Source of the DNA: a virus
Taxonomy: Duplodnaviria > Caudoviricetes
DNA: 64,000 bases
Virus record (IMG/VR): IMGVR_UViG_3300020567_000066
Span: 7,121-71,120 of that record
Reading direction: 5' to 3' (one strand)
Each line of letters opens with the position of its first letter. The stretch's first letter is position 1. Positions 45,319-56,970 of this stretch are shown here, piece by piece. The translations under genes were made by a program, and so were the position numbers. The notes beneath the pieces were generated by a model. The model worked only from the letters and a program-made list of their open reading frames with translations. It made no database searches and had not been told where the DNA came from.

Positions 45319-48123
45319 ATGATAGGAACAAGAACATATAAACATGTTATATCTTCAGAAGTTTACAACATAGCTGGTGCTGTTGGTATTGGTAATGTTT
45401 TAATTGAATGCAGTAAGTTGACTATGAAGAGAAAACCGATGTACAGTAAAGATGTGTTTACAAGTTTATACACTCATACAGATATAGAGATTGAAGGTGA
45501 GTGTCAAACAATTATGGGTTGGAATGATGATTATACTGGAGTTGACTCTGGCATTTTGCTAAAAGCAATATTGATGGGGACACACTTCAAAGAAGCAATA
45601 AGTTGGGAGAATAAAGTAATTGAAAAATCACAACAACAAATAGCACTATCGCAATACAATGTAGCAGATATTGATAAAATTACCAATCCATTCAATAGAA
45701 TTAAAATTCCAGAAACCACAGAAGCAAAACAATACTATCACAATAAGGAGTTTGAGAATATACCATTCTTAGAAAAGATGATATATGAGGTTATTAAAGA
45801 AAATGCTTCTGGTGGTGCGTATAGATTGTTTAATGTTCCTGTTTGTGTCTATTTTGGGAAAATTACTGATGAGAAAGAAGGCTTTGTGTTTGAAACTCTT
45901 GGTTTTCTTACACCTGTTGAAATACAAGTTTCTATAACATCGTCAGAGAACAATAAGCTTTTAATTCAATTTAAGATTGAGTTCTCATACAGAGAAAGAG
46001 CAAAAACACTGAGTAAATCATTGGACCCAAATAATAAGGATGTTTCAGATTATGTCTACAGATATACAGTTAGATATGATGTTAACTCTATGTGGACAAA
46101 AGCAGGCATTTACACAATTATTTACATCACAGTAAGACAATTGTTTAGGAACGCTGGAACTCTAACTGATTCAACTCTTGTTGGTGCTTCTCATTTTATA
46201 CCCAATCTTGGGCTTTATCTTGGGTATATTGAGTCTATAGAGACATTGCAACATGAAGATGGTATGGGATTTAAAGTAGTTGTAAGAATAAAGCATGAGA
46301 ACTTTGTTCTTTGTCATCCAATTGACAAAAGTGTTGCATATGTAAATGTAATTGAAAACTCTCAGTTTGTTCCTCCACAAGGATCATATGCCTTTGGTTC
46401 AGCAAGGTATAATGCCAAGATAATCACTCAAGGCATAGAACAGGCTGGAGCACACATATCCACCGTCCAAAATATCACAAACACAGCACTACAAACTTTC
46501 TTTGCAGATTATACAAAACCAGAAGAGTTGGTAAGAAAGACAATTTATGAAAGCTATCCATTAGCTTCTGCAATGGTGGAGTCACAAAAAGTTCATGATA
46601 TGATGAGAATTGAAAGAGCAGATGCAGTATTTTCTGGTGCTCCATCAATTACAACAAAGCTTATAAGATCACTGAAAATATCTGTAAAAGGATTACCAAA
46701 CTCACATCCTGCTGTTTTAGCAGCATATGCTGCAAATATCATAGACTACTACATGTTTCACTGGATAAGAATGTATCTTAAAGCAGTTAGCCCATTAATC
46801 AATGGAAATAATTTCTTCAACCTTATGTTTTATGTGTTTGGTAATTTCAACAGAGCCTTTGCCAATAATGATATATTTTTAGCTCATGAAATCAAAAGGA
46901 TGGGAAATGTTGGTAATGTGTTTCAACTTATAAAGACAATTGCTGATTTTGCTGAAAAGAATCCATACTTTACCCTTTGGATTGGTTCACCAGAAGTTAG
47001 AGCACTTGGTAGGAATATTGGTGATTTCCAGAAAAAGAAATACTTCCTTACATTTTTGAGACAAAACTTTTCTGGTCTTATTTTGAATTTAATAAATCAA
47101 GCAAAAGATAAATTTAAACAAGCAGAAGGAATACTTGGTAATATTTCTGGTGCTGCTCTTGGTTTAATTCAAAAGGTTATTGGCTGGATACAAAACAGTG
47201 CTGGTGAATTTAGCTGGTATATTCCAGATTATCTTTTCTCATCTCTGATGCAAAATTATTACAACATCAATGTAAAACATGTGGATGAAAATAGCTTCTT
47301 CAATTCTGGAATTACTTATAGACTATTTCTTGCAATGTATATGCTCAATGGTATCAAAGAAATAACTTATAGCACATCATACAATGTCAATGAGAATACC
47401 TATGAAATTGACTTTGCCTGTACATTTGATGATTGGGATAATGGTGCATTTTCCTACTATACTTCACCAATCCTATCACATTCATTGTTCTTCAATAATT
47501 GCTATCCATATTCTGCTATTCCTTATGCAAAGGATAATTATTATATATTCAGAACATCTGGTTTCAATGATAAATATCCTTTTGACATTGATGATACTTT
47601 GAAACATTTCTTAGGGCAAAACTTCAGTTGGCCGATCTATAGCAGCTCACTACTTATAACAACTCCAGTTGTTCCACATTATAATGTTTATGAAGTGGAT
47701 TCTGATGGTAAAATGCTAACTGGTGGATATGCATACACTGGAGGTGCTAATAACATATTCAATAGCTCAAAACAAAAATCACCACCTAGATTTCCAGGAT
47801 TCAACATAATCCTTGATCCAGATAAAAAGAAATATAGGGTTTATAAAGTATTTTCAGGTGATGGTAGCTTAATGCAATATGAAATCAATGTACAAGAAGA
47901 TTATAGTTTTTATGATCATCAAATTCCTTATAACTCTTTGCAGGAAATAGTTGACATTATTGGTCCTTGTTCATATACATTCACAACATTTGAAAATGGT
48001 CCTTATAATAAGTTAGCAAGATTTAGAGATTTCTATGATGAGAAACGTGAACAAACAGTTAGCGGAATGAATATACTTGTTTCTCCCATTGTCTCATTCT
48101 TAAAATATTACTCTGGAAAATAA
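45319..48123 (+). CDS. large tail protein (tape-measure/baseplate candidate)
   Basis: 934 aa; central helical A/G/L-rich stretch (NLINQAKDKFKQAEGILGNISGAALGLIQKVIGWIQ) flanked by beta-rich regions. Confidence 0.4.
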   Translation: MIGTRTYKHVISSEVYNIAGAVGIGNVLIECSKLTMKRKPMYSKDVFTSLYTHTDIEIEGECQTIMGWNDDYTGVDSGILLKAILMGTHFKEAISWENKVIEKSQQQIALSQYNVADIDKITNPFNRIKIPETTEAKQYYHNKEFENIPFLEKMIYEVIKENASGGAYRLFNVPVCVYFGKITDEKEGFVFETLGFLTPVEIQVSITSSENNKLLIQFKIEFSYRERAKTLSKSLDPNNKDVSDYVYRYTVRYDVNSMWTKAGIYTIIYITVRQLFRNAGTLTDSTLVGASHFIPNLGLYLGYIESIETLQHEDGMGFKVVVRIKHENFVLCHPIDKSVAYVNVIENSQFVPPQGSYAFGSARYNAKIITQGIEQAGAHISTVQNITNTALQTFFADYTKPEELVRKTIYESYPLASAMVESQKVHDMMRIERADAVFSGAPSITTKLIRSLKISVKGLPNSHPAVLAAYAANIIDYYMFHWIRMYLKAVSPLINGNNFFNLMFYVFGNFNRAFANNDIFLAHEIKRMGNVGNVFQLIKTIADFAEKNPYFTLWIGSPEVRALGRNIGDFQKKKYFLTFLRQNFSGLILNLINQAKDKFKQAEGILGNISGAALGLIQKVIGWIQNSAGEFSWYIPDYLFSSLMQNYYNINVKHVDENSFFNSGITYRLFLAMYMLNGIKEITYSTSYNVNENTYEIDFACTFDDWDNGAFSYYTSPILSHSLFFNNCYPYSAIPYAKDNYYIFRTSGFNDKYPFDIDDTLKHFLGQNFSWPIYSSSLLITTPVVPHYNVYEVDSDGKMLTGGYAYTGGANNIFNSSKQKSPPRFPGFNIILDPDKKKYRVYKVFSGDGSLMQYEINVQEDYSFYDHQIPYNSLQEIVDIIGPCSYTFTTFENGPYNKLARFRDFYDEKREQTVSGMNILVSPIVSFLKYYSGK

Positions 48124-48124
48124 T

Positions 48125-48817
48125 ATGGAAGAATTAAAACAATACATATATGAGACTTGTAGAACAATGGTGGAATATGCTCTAATTGACAGGGGCAAAA
48201 ACTATAATATTTACTACGCTCCTGTAAAGAATTACTTCATTGTTAATACTTTTGCTGGAAATGTAAAAATAACAAATGGAACAGTTACTGGGAAAATTGT
48301 TGTTCAGTCTTCAAATACTGGTTCTCAGTATCCTTTCATATTGCCTCTTGTCTTTAGTAATGGTGTTGAATATATGGAAGATGAATCATTTGACAATAAT
48401 ACAACAACTGTTGTCAGTGGTTCATATCAGAGCAATGCCAACATGTTTCCCAAACTACAAACTTCTAGCTTTAGACATTCATTCCTTGTGACAAGACCTC
48501 TTTCATCTTTTAGTTTTGAAGGATTCTTAATTGACTGGTATGCATTGGCAAGAGGAACAGATTTATTACTGCAAGAAAGAACTGAAACATTTTCTCTATC
48601 TCAAGCTAATCAGGATTTTATAGAAGAAGCCACAAGTGTTGCCTTTGACAAGATTATAAATGCTATGGAAATGAAACATAAAGCCATAATAGGACCACCA
48701 ATACTTACCTACATTATAAATCAGAACTATTATGATAAGTATAAACAGTTAGCAGCCAATTTTGATGAGTTCTTTAGGAGTCAATTTGGATATATGAATA
48801 CCTACAACATCCTATAA
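48125..48817 (+). CDS. putative tail protein
   Basis: 230-aa ORF in the tail operon. Confidence 0.5.
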   Translation: MEELKQYIYETCRTMVEYALIDRGKNYNIYYAPVKNYFIVNTFAGNVKITNGTVTGKIVVQSSNTGSQYPFILPLVFSNGVEYMEDESFDNNTTTVVSGSYQSNANMFPKLQTSSFRHSFLVTRPLSSFSFEGFLIDWYALARGTDLLLQERTETFSLSQANQDFIEEATSVAFDKIINAMEMKHKAIIGPPILTYIINQNYYDKYKQLAANFDEFFRSQFGYMNTYNIL

Positions 48818-48836
48818 TAATTTAGGAGATTGACAA

Positions 48837-50255
48837 ATGGCTATGGATATTAACCTGTTATTTGATCGTCTGAGAAAGATAAAGCTATCTATGAAGAAGT
48901 TTAATGACTTCTTCAACAGGAAAACTAACAATCCAGCAAGTAATACTGATTGGTTTAATCTTGGTGCAATTGCTAACAGTATTTCCACATCGTATGTAGA
49001 TAATTTTGAACTTATTGAAAATCTTGGCTCATTCATTAATAAGTTCAAAGATGACAACAATTCTCTTGTCTTTAATACTCTGGTTGATATTGCAAGAAAA
49101 ACTCTTATTGAAATGACATCTTCTGCTTTCAAGATTGTCAATCCAAATCTTGGTGAGGCATTAGAGTTTCTTGTTGATTATATGGTTACCAACTCTCCAA
49201 GCTATTATGTTAGTAGTGGATTCACAGATATAAATACACAATTTTTGTCACAAAACAACAAGGCAAATAATAATCTCAACATAAACGATGTTTTCATTAG
49301 AAGATATGTTGGTGACTCTGGTTATTGGTTCAGAAATGGACAAACAGTCCCTAGGCTTACTGTTTATCCAGAATCATTTGACTTTATCTGTACAAGACCA
49401 GGAACCAGGTCTACATCCGCAGAGTATCTGATAAAAGGCAATGCTTCTGTTCCCAAATATGATTGCAACTTTCCAACTGGTTCAGAGATAGACACTACTC
49501 TTTATCCTTCTGGTTCTGGTGTCTCTTTGACCTTAAATACCATTCTTCCCAATGACACAAACAGAAACATTATTAGAAATGCTAGTTTTGATAATTGGAC
49601 AAATGGATTACCCAATGATTGGGTTGTTGCTTCTGGTGGTGCAGATGTAGATTTTTCAATGGAGACTGGGACAAACAATGTCTATTGGGGTGATGTGTCG
49701 TTGAAACTCAATGCTAATGGTGGGACTGTTGTGTTCTACCAGGATATAACAAATGTTGTTGTTCCAAATCAACTATATCTTATTGGTTTCTTAGTAAGAA
49801 AAGATGCCAATGCTTCTGGATCAAGCACTGTCTCCTTTGATGTGGTCAATGAGAGTGATATGAGAATACAGGATAGTGGTGATCCTCCTCTTGAGGAAAT
49901 CTCTTATCAGAACATGAGAAATGATTTTGCCTTTGACTTTTATGGCAGAATCATTAGATTCCCAAGAATTGGGTTTAGAGTAGCAAGGGCAAGACTTATA
50001 TTCCAATCTAGAGCAGCGTTCAATATCTATTGTGATGGTGTCTTTCTTGTTCCTGTGCAACCACTTTACAACGGTGGACCTGCTTTTGCTCTTATCCAAA
50101 AGTCTTTACCACCCAAATTCAATGATAAGTTCTCTATCAATATTACCAATGAAACAAAAACATGGAATTGGTTCTTTGAAAGAGTGTTTAACTCTGTTTC
50201 AGATTATGGTATTTATTTACCAATACAAGGCAACACACTTATAGCTTATGACTAA
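48837..50255 (+). CDS. tail protein with a carbohydrate-binding-like (CBM4/9-type) domain
   Basis: NIIRNASFDNWTNGLPNDW...SLKL...FYQDI...YLIGFLVRK...YCDGVFL pattern. Confidence 0.5.
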   Translation: MAMDINLLFDRLRKIKLSMKKFNDFFNRKTNNPASNTDWFNLGAIANSISTSYVDNFELIENLGSFINKFKDDNNSLVFNTLVDIARKTLIEMTSSAFKIVNPNLGEALEFLVDYMVTNSPSYYVSSGFTDINTQFLSQNNKANNNLNINDVFIRRYVGDSGYWFRNGQTVPRLTVYPESFDFICTRPGTRSTSAEYLIKGNASVPKYDCNFPTGSEIDTTLYPSGSGVSLTLNTILPNDTNRNIIRNASFDNWTNGLPNDWVVASGGADVDFSMETGTNNVYWGDVSLKLNANGGTVVFYQDITNVVVPNQLYLIGFLVRKDANASGSSTVSFDVVNESDMRIQDSGDPPLEEISYQNMRNDFAFDFYGRIIRFPRIGFRVARARLIFQSRAAFNIYCDGVFLVPVQPLYNGGPAFALIQKSLPPKFNDKFSINITNETKTWNWFFERVFNSVSDYGIYLPIQGNTLIAYD

Positions 50256-50257
50256 TT

Positions 50258-50878
50258 ATGCCTAATTTTTCTGATGGTAATTCAATACCTGCTGCTCTTT
50301 ATGACATTATACCAAGATTGAGGACTAGACTATCAGAAACAACTGGTATCAGTCCTCATGCTATTTATTTGTCTGTTTATCCAGAAAGACTAAAGGCTCC
50401 AGAAACAACAGCATTCATAATAAATATTGATCAAATATCACCAATTGGTACAACATATACTGCTGGTGGTCCATATGGACAACTATATCTTCTAAGGGGT
50501 AATGTAACAGTCAGAACAGAGAAGGTTCTTGATGTCGTTGGTGGAGATATTTATGGTCTTTATGATATTGCCATTGGACACTATGAAATGGTTGAAAAAG
50601 TATTTGCCTCAATCCATTACTTTTGGCCTTTCATAAGAATGAGTTCCCCAAATGGTGACCTTAATGTTCCAATCACTGCATGTCCATTTCATGCTGAAAA
50701 GATTTCTGATACAGAAAGACCTGGAAAAACTGACAAGCTTTATCTCATCAATGCTATAAGTTTTTGGGTTCAGTATAACCCAAGAATGTTTGATCTGTTT
50801 GACCAAACCACACTCAATGCATTTCTAGAGAAGCCTGATGTTGTGATACATTGGGCAAAAGCAACTCTTCCTCTATAA
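50258..50878 (+). CDS. putative tail completion/structural protein
   Basis: 206-aa ORF in the tail operon. Confidence 0.45.
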   Translation: MPNFSDGNSIPAALYDIIPRLRTRLSETTGISPHAIYLSVYPERLKAPETTAFIINIDQISPIGTTYTAGGPYGQLYLLRGNVTVRTEKVLDVVGGDIYGLYDIAIGHYEMVEKVFASIHYFWPFIRMSSPNGDLNVPITACPFHAEKISDTERPGKTDKLYLINAISFWVQYNPRMFDLFDQTTLNAFLEKPDVVIHWAKATLPL

Positions 50879-50916
50879 TAATTTGAAGACATTTTAAACA
50901 AAGGAAGGGGAATCAT

Positions 50917-53900
50917 ATGATAACCATTTTTGGATTTCCTGTTATTAATATTGGACCCAATACACCATCAAATATGCATAATTGGGTTCTAACGAATAAA
51001 AACATTGGAAAGGTTATAAAAGATTTGCTTACAGACTCTGGTGGTCAACTTTTATCATATGTTACCAGTGGTCACCTTATAAGCAATACATTGTCTTTGT
51101 TTCCAGATATTGGTATAAATGAATTGTATTGGCCAACTGGTGCATCAAGATTTGGTTGTTGTTATCTATTGGTTCAGGAAAAGGTTGCTTCTGCTATATT
51201 TGATCTTTCAGATGTTGTTGACTTAGAAGAACGTGGTGATTCAGGTAGCTCTGAAGAAGATGACGAAGATAGTAATCCAGAAGGACAAAAGAAAATCAAG
51301 TGTCCATCTTTTACCTGTCCATTGTTTTCTAGCTATACAGAAAGTTGCAATAAGAAAAACAAGCAAAATAGAAGCTATTTCTCTGGTGAGAATGCTGTAA
51401 CTGCTTTCCCATTGTTGCAGAATCTAAACAACATTTCTCTTCCCTTGGTTAGAAGGTTGAAGCCAGTTATCATTGGTTTTATGATGAATGATAAAGTAGA
51501 AACTATGCTTTATGGTGGTTTTGTGAAAGTTTACATGTATCCACTTCTCTATATACCAATTGGACAGTTTGAACAAATGCCATTGCCAGACTTTGAAGGT
51601 TGCGGCATCCTTGTTTGTGTTGATCAAAGATTCTTGTGGAATTATATGATTGTGAAGGATGAGTATATAGAAAGGGATTCTGAAAAGGATTATTTCAACT
51701 GGTATAACGTTGTCAACAATGTCCTAAGTGATCACCTTCATGATTGGCAATATTTACAGGATTATGCATCAACAATTTATGATAGGGTTTGGTGTGATTA
51801 TGTTAACAACAAATCTGAGCAAGACTATGAGATGACATTTACCAACTCAATAGAAGGATCAATATCATTCTTTGACTCATTTGGTAAGAGTAAAGAAGAG
51901 GAAAATAGTTCTTCTGTTAGTGTTCCATCAATTCCTGGAAGTAATAATCTTGGAGGTTCTGGTGGAATAAGCTATAATCAAGACAATAATCAGAATATCA
52001 GCTTTGAAGATAATAATAGCCAATGGTCTGAGTATGTTGATAGTAGGAATAGAGAAGAAGACAATACAGAAGAAAGTGATGATGATTATCAGTGTTTTTA
52101 TGATGATAGAGACTTTCTTGGACCATCATTCAATATCAAGTCTTTTGGTGCAAACTACTCTCTTGCACAATTTCTTTCCATTGTTGAACAATCTCTTCTA
52201 AAGAGACTTGTATTCAACTTTAACTGGAGAATATCATTCAGGAATGGAATAACAGCAAGAACATTGTGGCTTGAATCAATTCTCACTTATGTTCCAACAG
52301 TAATATATCAGAATGATAAAAGAATTGCTGAGCTAACTGTAGACAAGAGTAAACATAATTATAAAGAGCTTCCTCTGTTTCAAGGCGGTATTGCAATTTA
52401 TGAGAATAGGTTCAAATACTATTCCAATGAGATGATTCAATCTATAAAGGACAAGTCTTTACACTTAGACCCAGGTTCTTCTATTGTTCTGCCAGAAAAA
52501 ATAACCATTTATGGTGATGAATACTTTACTTATGGTGACAACTTAAGAAAGGATATTCCAGGTGGTTGGGATAATCTTGTTCCATTTGGTGGTGTTCACT
52601 ATACTCAAGACATTATTGATTACAGAAGTGGAACACTCAAGTTTCCAGATGATTTGCCAATGGTGAATGAGTATGGCCAGTTTTCTATACCAACAGTAAA
52701 AAGATTTATATCTGGACCTAAAGGAAAACTAGAACTTAGACTTTACACAACAGCTACCAAAAGAATACACATCAAAAATGGATCAAAAAGAGAATTAAAT
52801 AAGAATAAAATCGAGTGCTTCTGCAAAAATGTTGTAAGGAATGCCCTTTATTGGTTTATTGTACCATCAACATTTCAATTTGCAGGATATTATGAATGGC
52901 CATTCTCTGGATTTGAGGATTATATTACCATTGATACAAAGACAGGAATTACAAGTGTAATTACCAAGTCTCATCAACTATTGTTTCCTGGAAGTAGTAG
53001 CTCTGGATTTGGAATCATATATGGTGGTGAATCTTCTCCAACAGAGGAATTGAAGATAAGACATGCCTTATTGAGTAATTTTCATAAAGACACACCAGAA
53101 GAACCACCTGCAAAGAATGCTATCATTGTTGGAAGGAATAAAAACACTGATCTAGGAACCAACAATAAGCTTCCTCATGAATCTGATGTATATTGGCACA
53201 AGTTATTACCACATGAACATGCAGAAAACCTATTTGCTATAGGAAATTATGGTGTTGATCATGGTTTTACAGGATTACCAGATGAATCACCAGACAAATA
53301 CATAGCTTTTATTCCAGTGTCAAATAAGGAAGATTGTACTGTTGAGTGGTGGTATTCAGTTATGAAGGCAACAAAGTATGATCCTTCACCACATCTTGGA
53401 TTCTATAAGTTTGATCAATCACTGTGTGCTAGAGGTTGGGATGATGTTCCCAATAGAAACCCATCTGCCAATCAGGGAACAATATCACTGTTGAATGATA
53501 ACACATTATATGATGAGCTTGGTTTTTATCAACCTTTCAAATGCTATGGTTTTCATCCCACACTTACTAAAGCTTGGATTGATGTTCCTATTGTGAAAGA
53601 TGGATTTGGTACTCATAAGCTGTTAGATAGTCTATTCCACCTATATGGTAGTGGAGAAAGTCCTACATCTAATGAGATTATTGTAGTAGAGCTTGTAAAT
53701 AGACCAGAAGCATTCAATTTACCACTACCAGTGTTTAGAAAGTTTAATATGATGAACTCACAAACAGCTCTTCTAACTGCTGTTCTTGATAACAACACTA
53801 TTTTCTCTCAACCTTTGTTCAACACTCTGAAGTTTGTTCTTGATAATAAGTTTTCTGACCTAAGTGTAAAGATGGAAAACCTAATACTTTCTCTCAAAGG

Positions 53901-56900
53901 AGATGAAGATAATCTTGGACCCAGAAAGTTCTATGCCAATAAAGAATATAAAGGATTCTATGATCTTGATGAAGAAACTCACAGTTTTGATGATGGTGGT
54001 GGAAATCCAGACTCTAATCCTTGTAGTGTTGAATCTTATTACCAGGAGTATTGTAATGAAACTCCATCTTTACCATGCAATCAAATGGCATTAATGTATA
54101 AGCTCTATGCCAAAGAAACAGAAGACTTGCATAATTCTTGTGATTGTACTCTCTTAACATCTTGTGCTATTATTCTTGCTTTAGACTTTAGTGACAGCAA
54201 TTCTGGTCAATGTGTATATAAGACAGCTCACAATGGTTCAAGTTTCCTTGGTTCTCCTAATCCTTGTGGTGAAGAGAATGGAAACTATACAGCGGAAATG
54301 AGAGTAGTTGGAGACAACATTGTTGTATCTGTGTATAGAGGTGTTCAATATCTTGGTCAGCTAACCTATACTGGTGACATCACATTAGGAACAATACCTT
54401 TATCTGGAACATTACTAGACAGTAATTGCAATACTTCAGAATGGGTATTGCAAAAACATAGATGTTTATCTCCCAATAGCAACAATTATGTTCCATGTGA
54501 TGGATGTGCACAACAACAATCCAGATGGTGCTTGGAAATTGAAGAGGGCAATCCATCTTATGTGGCTGATAATGAAGGAGAGAACAATGATTGCTTCAAT
54601 GCTTATGAAATGTATGCAGTGGATTTTCAACCAACTTCTAATGTTCTATGTGCAGATGCAAATAACATTGAACACGGAGTTAATATTCATAACTACTGTG
54701 ATTTTTCAATACTTCAATGTAATACTGCCACAACTGGAAAATCTGTTGTAATCTATAGAGTTCCAGAGACATGTGTATGGACAAGTAGATTCTTATACAG
54801 AGATGAAAATAAGAATAAGGAATACTTATATGGTGTTGTTTATATCTGCAACTGTCCTCACTACTTCATTGCTTTTGGTAGTAATGAGACATTTCTCCTT
54901 GCTCTTGTAAGAGGAGGAGCAAATAAGAACACTGCTCTTAATTTCAACATTGTTGCTTTCTGGTTTGGAGAGCACAATGGTGCACAGAGTTTTTCTCTTG
55001 AGTTGGTTCAAGTATTTGATGAGGCTTATAGTATGATTTTGCCTCCTTTTGTTGAATTGACTGCTATCAAAGGAATCAAAATTAATGACAATTCCTATGA
55101 TCCAACTTCACCATACAAGTTTGCTGATCTTGTTGATGAAGTAGAAGTTACTCTTACAGGAGAAGATGGAATCTCAGTATTCTCAGAAACAATTATGCAT
55201 TATCGACCTTCAATTTTCCCAATGCCTGTATTCATGACCTATCAGATTAGTGATGTATTTACCAAAGGAACTCAGGCTTATTTGAGTATGGAGTATGGTA
55301 AGAAGATTCCTTGCCCCAATGATCCATGTCCTGATCGTGGTAATGATCCTTGTGATCCAAGAATACTAATTCCTTGTGAAACAAAGCCAGAGGATTATGA
55401 TGGTAATCCCTGTCTTCCAAATGATACAAGAAGCTCTCCTTATCGTACTAAAGATACTGGTTTTGCTTATTTCCCCAATATCTATGCTAAGGCAGATTGG
55501 ATTTATGATGTTCTTTGGACACCATGTGAATTGATGGAATACTATGGTGTTGATTTATTCAACTGTAACAGCAATGAAAGAGGTTGCTGTGTTTACAGGA
55601 GAACATATTTACCTCTTCTGGAAGCAGAGTCTAATCATGAAATTAGAGGGGTTATAAGCTATAGAAGAGGATTTTACAATGTTGATGATGAAACATATAG
55701 GAGATTAACAGGACATTCATTCAAAGATACTCTTTTTTATAAGGTGATGCATGAAGTATTTGATATTGATCTCAACCAAAGCAACTTAAAGCCTGCTGTA
55801 TTCAACCATGACAAAGTATTTGCTATATCTGAGTCTGTTTATCCTTGTTATAATAACGATTCTCTTACATCAAATCAAGTTGGTGAGTATTATCTTGTCA
55901 GCAACTCTAAGAAGATTGATGTATATGCTGAAACACCAATTGGAAGAACTATTGGACCTGATTATGAAGGTCCAGAAGGGAATAGACAAATTGATTTTCA
56001 AATGACTAATTTTGATAATCCATTCTTTATTAATCAAGTTAATTGTCCTCCTGGTGACATTGATTTTTACAATATACCAGCATATCCCTCTGCAATTGTA
56101 AAGAAGTGTAATGATGGAACATTGAAACTATTTATGGTAAAATATCCAGTTTATTCTTCTGATATTGGTGGCAATTACAATGTGTTTCCTAAGAGTGATT
56201 TTAGTTTTACAGGAAGTGGAGAAGAGTTGAAGGGAATTATGTCTTGTGTTTGTTCTAATACATTCATTGTTACTGACTTCTCTGCTGGATGGAATGGAGA
56301 TAGAAGTGAGTGTATTAGTGTGTTGGATGGAAACAATAACCTAAATCTTGGTTGGACTTTATCTGGCAATAGTTATGAAGTGTCTGAAAAGATACAAATT
56401 ATAAAATCTTTAGTTTCTAGAGGGCATTATGTTGATTGGACTCCATTCCAATATGATGATTTATCACAGATGATTAGCTCTTTAGACTTTATTACAGCTC
56501 AAGATTTGAGAGGTCCAGCAGTTAATGTGGTGAGAAAGATGTTGGATATTTATGGAAGAAATATACGAATAATATTGACTTTCCTGAGAAGAGTATTCAA
56601 TACAGCATTTTTACCAGAAATTACTGACTGTGCCTTTGTTCCAGAGAACAGTTTGCCAGAGTCTATAGGCTTTTCTGGTGTTGATGTTAATACTCTTGCT
56701 CGTCTAATGGTGAGTGGCAATTGTAACCCATTCTGTTCTAAGGGAACATCAGATATGAATGTTTTCTGTAGTGATCCAACCTCAGAAGATGTGGTAATGA
56801 TCAATGCTGCTGTAAGATTAGCAACATATTTCCACATTTATATGCCAGTAAACAGATATGAGACTTATCCATCCTTTGATATTGTCAGTTATGGACTAAT

Positions 56901-56970
56901 GAGTCATGGAAGTCTTAGAGTCAAGATTCACAATGATTGGCCTTTGAGAGAGCAAGGAGGACAACAGTAA
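50917..56970 (+). CDS. giant Cys-rich tail/baseplate or fibre protein
   Basis: 2017 aa; acidic S/N linkers; many Cys in the C-terminal half (PCPNDPCPDRGNDPCDP...NPCLPND). Confidence 0.55.
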   Translation: MITIFGFPVINIGPNTPSNMHNWVLTNKNIGKVIKDLLTDSGGQLLSYVTSGHLISNTLSLFPDIGINELYWPTGASRFGCCYLLVQEKVASAIFDLSDVVDLEERGDSGSSEEDDEDSNPEGQKKIKCPSFTCPLFSSYTESCNKKNKQNRSYFSGENAVTAFPLLQNLNNISLPLVRRLKPVIIGFMMNDKVETMLYGGFVKVYMYPLLYIPIGQFEQMPLPDFEGCGILVCVDQRFLWNYMIVKDEYIERDSEKDYFNWYNVVNNVLSDHLHDWQYLQDYASTIYDRVWCDYVNNKSEQDYEMTFTNSIEGSISFFDSFGKSKEEENSSSVSVPSIPGSNNLGGSGGISYNQDNNQNISFEDNNSQWSEYVDSRNREEDNTEESDDDYQCFYDDRDFLGPSFNIKSFGANYSLAQFLSIVEQSLLKRLVFNFNWRISFRNGITARTLWLESILTYVPTVIYQNDKRIAELTVDKSKHNYKELPLFQGGIAIYENRFKYYSNEMIQSIKDKSLHLDPGSSIVLPEKITIYGDEYFTYGDNLRKDIPGGWDNLVPFGGVHYTQDIIDYRSGTLKFPDDLPMVNEYGQFSIPTVKRFISGPKGKLELRLYTTATKRIHIKNGSKRELNKNKIECFCKNVVRNALYWFIVPSTFQFAGYYEWPFSGFEDYITIDTKTGITSVITKSHQLLFPGSSSSGFGIIYGGESSPTEELKIRHALLSNFHKDTPEEPPAKNAIIVGRNKNTDLGTNNKLPHESDVYWHKLLPHEHAENLFAIGNYGVDHGFTGLPDESPDKYIAFIPVSNKEDCTVEWWYSVMKATKYDPSPHLGFYKFDQSLCARGWDDVPNRNPSANQGTISLLNDNTLYDELGFYQPFKCYGFHPTLTKAWIDVPIVKDGFGTHKLLDSLFHLYGSGESPTSNEIIVVELVNRPEAFNLPLPVFRKFNMMNSQTALLTAVLDNNTIFSQPLFNTLKFVLDNKFSDLSVKMENLILSLKGDEDNLGPRKFYANKEYKGFYDLDEETHSFDDGGGNPDSNPCSVESYYQEYCNETPSLPCNQMALMYKLYAKETEDLHNSCDCTLLTSCAIILALDFSDSNSGQCVYKTAHNGSSFLGSPNPCGEENGNYTAEMRVVGDNIVVSVYRGVQYLGQLTYTGDITLGTIPLSGTLLDSNCNTSEWVLQKHRCLSPNSNNYVPCDGCAQQQSRWCLEIEEGNPSYVADNEGENNDCFNAYEMYAVDFQPTSNVLCADANNIEHGVNIHNYCDFSILQCNTATTGKSVVIYRVPETCVWTSRFLYRDENKNKEYLYGVVYICNCPHYFIAFGSNETFLLALVRGGANKNTALNFNIVAFWFGEHNGAQSFSLELVQVFDEAYSMILPPFVELTAIKGIKINDNSYDPTSPYKFADLVDEVEVTLTGEDGISVFSETIMHYRPSIFPMPVFMTYQISDVFTKGTQAYLSMEYGKKIPCPNDPCPDRGNDPCDPRILIPCETKPEDYDGNPCLPNDTRSSPYRTKDTGFAYFPNIYAKADWIYDVLWTPCELMEYYGVDLFNCNSNERGCCVYRRTYLPLLEAESNHEIRGVISYRRGFYNVDDETYRRLTGHSFKDTLFYKVMHEVFDIDLNQSNLKPAVFNHDKVFAISESVYPCYNNDSLTSNQVGEYYLVSNSKKIDVYAETPIGRTIGPDYEGPEGNRQIDFQMTNFDNPFFINQVNCPPGDIDFYNIPAYPSAIVKKCNDGTLKLFMVKYPVYSSDIGGNYNVFPKSDFSFTGSGEELKGIMSCVCSNTFIVTDFSAGWNGDRSECISVLDGNNNLNLGWTLSGNSYEVSEKIQIIKSLVSRGHYVDWTPFQYDDLSQMISSLDFITAQDLRGPAVNVVRKMLDIYGRNIRIILTFLRRVFNTAFLPEITDCAFVPENSLPESIGFSGVDVNTLARLMVSGNCNPFCSKGTSDMNVFCSDPTSEDVVMINAAVRLATYFHIYMPVNRYETYPSFDIVSYGLMSHGSLRVKIHNDWPLREQGGQQ

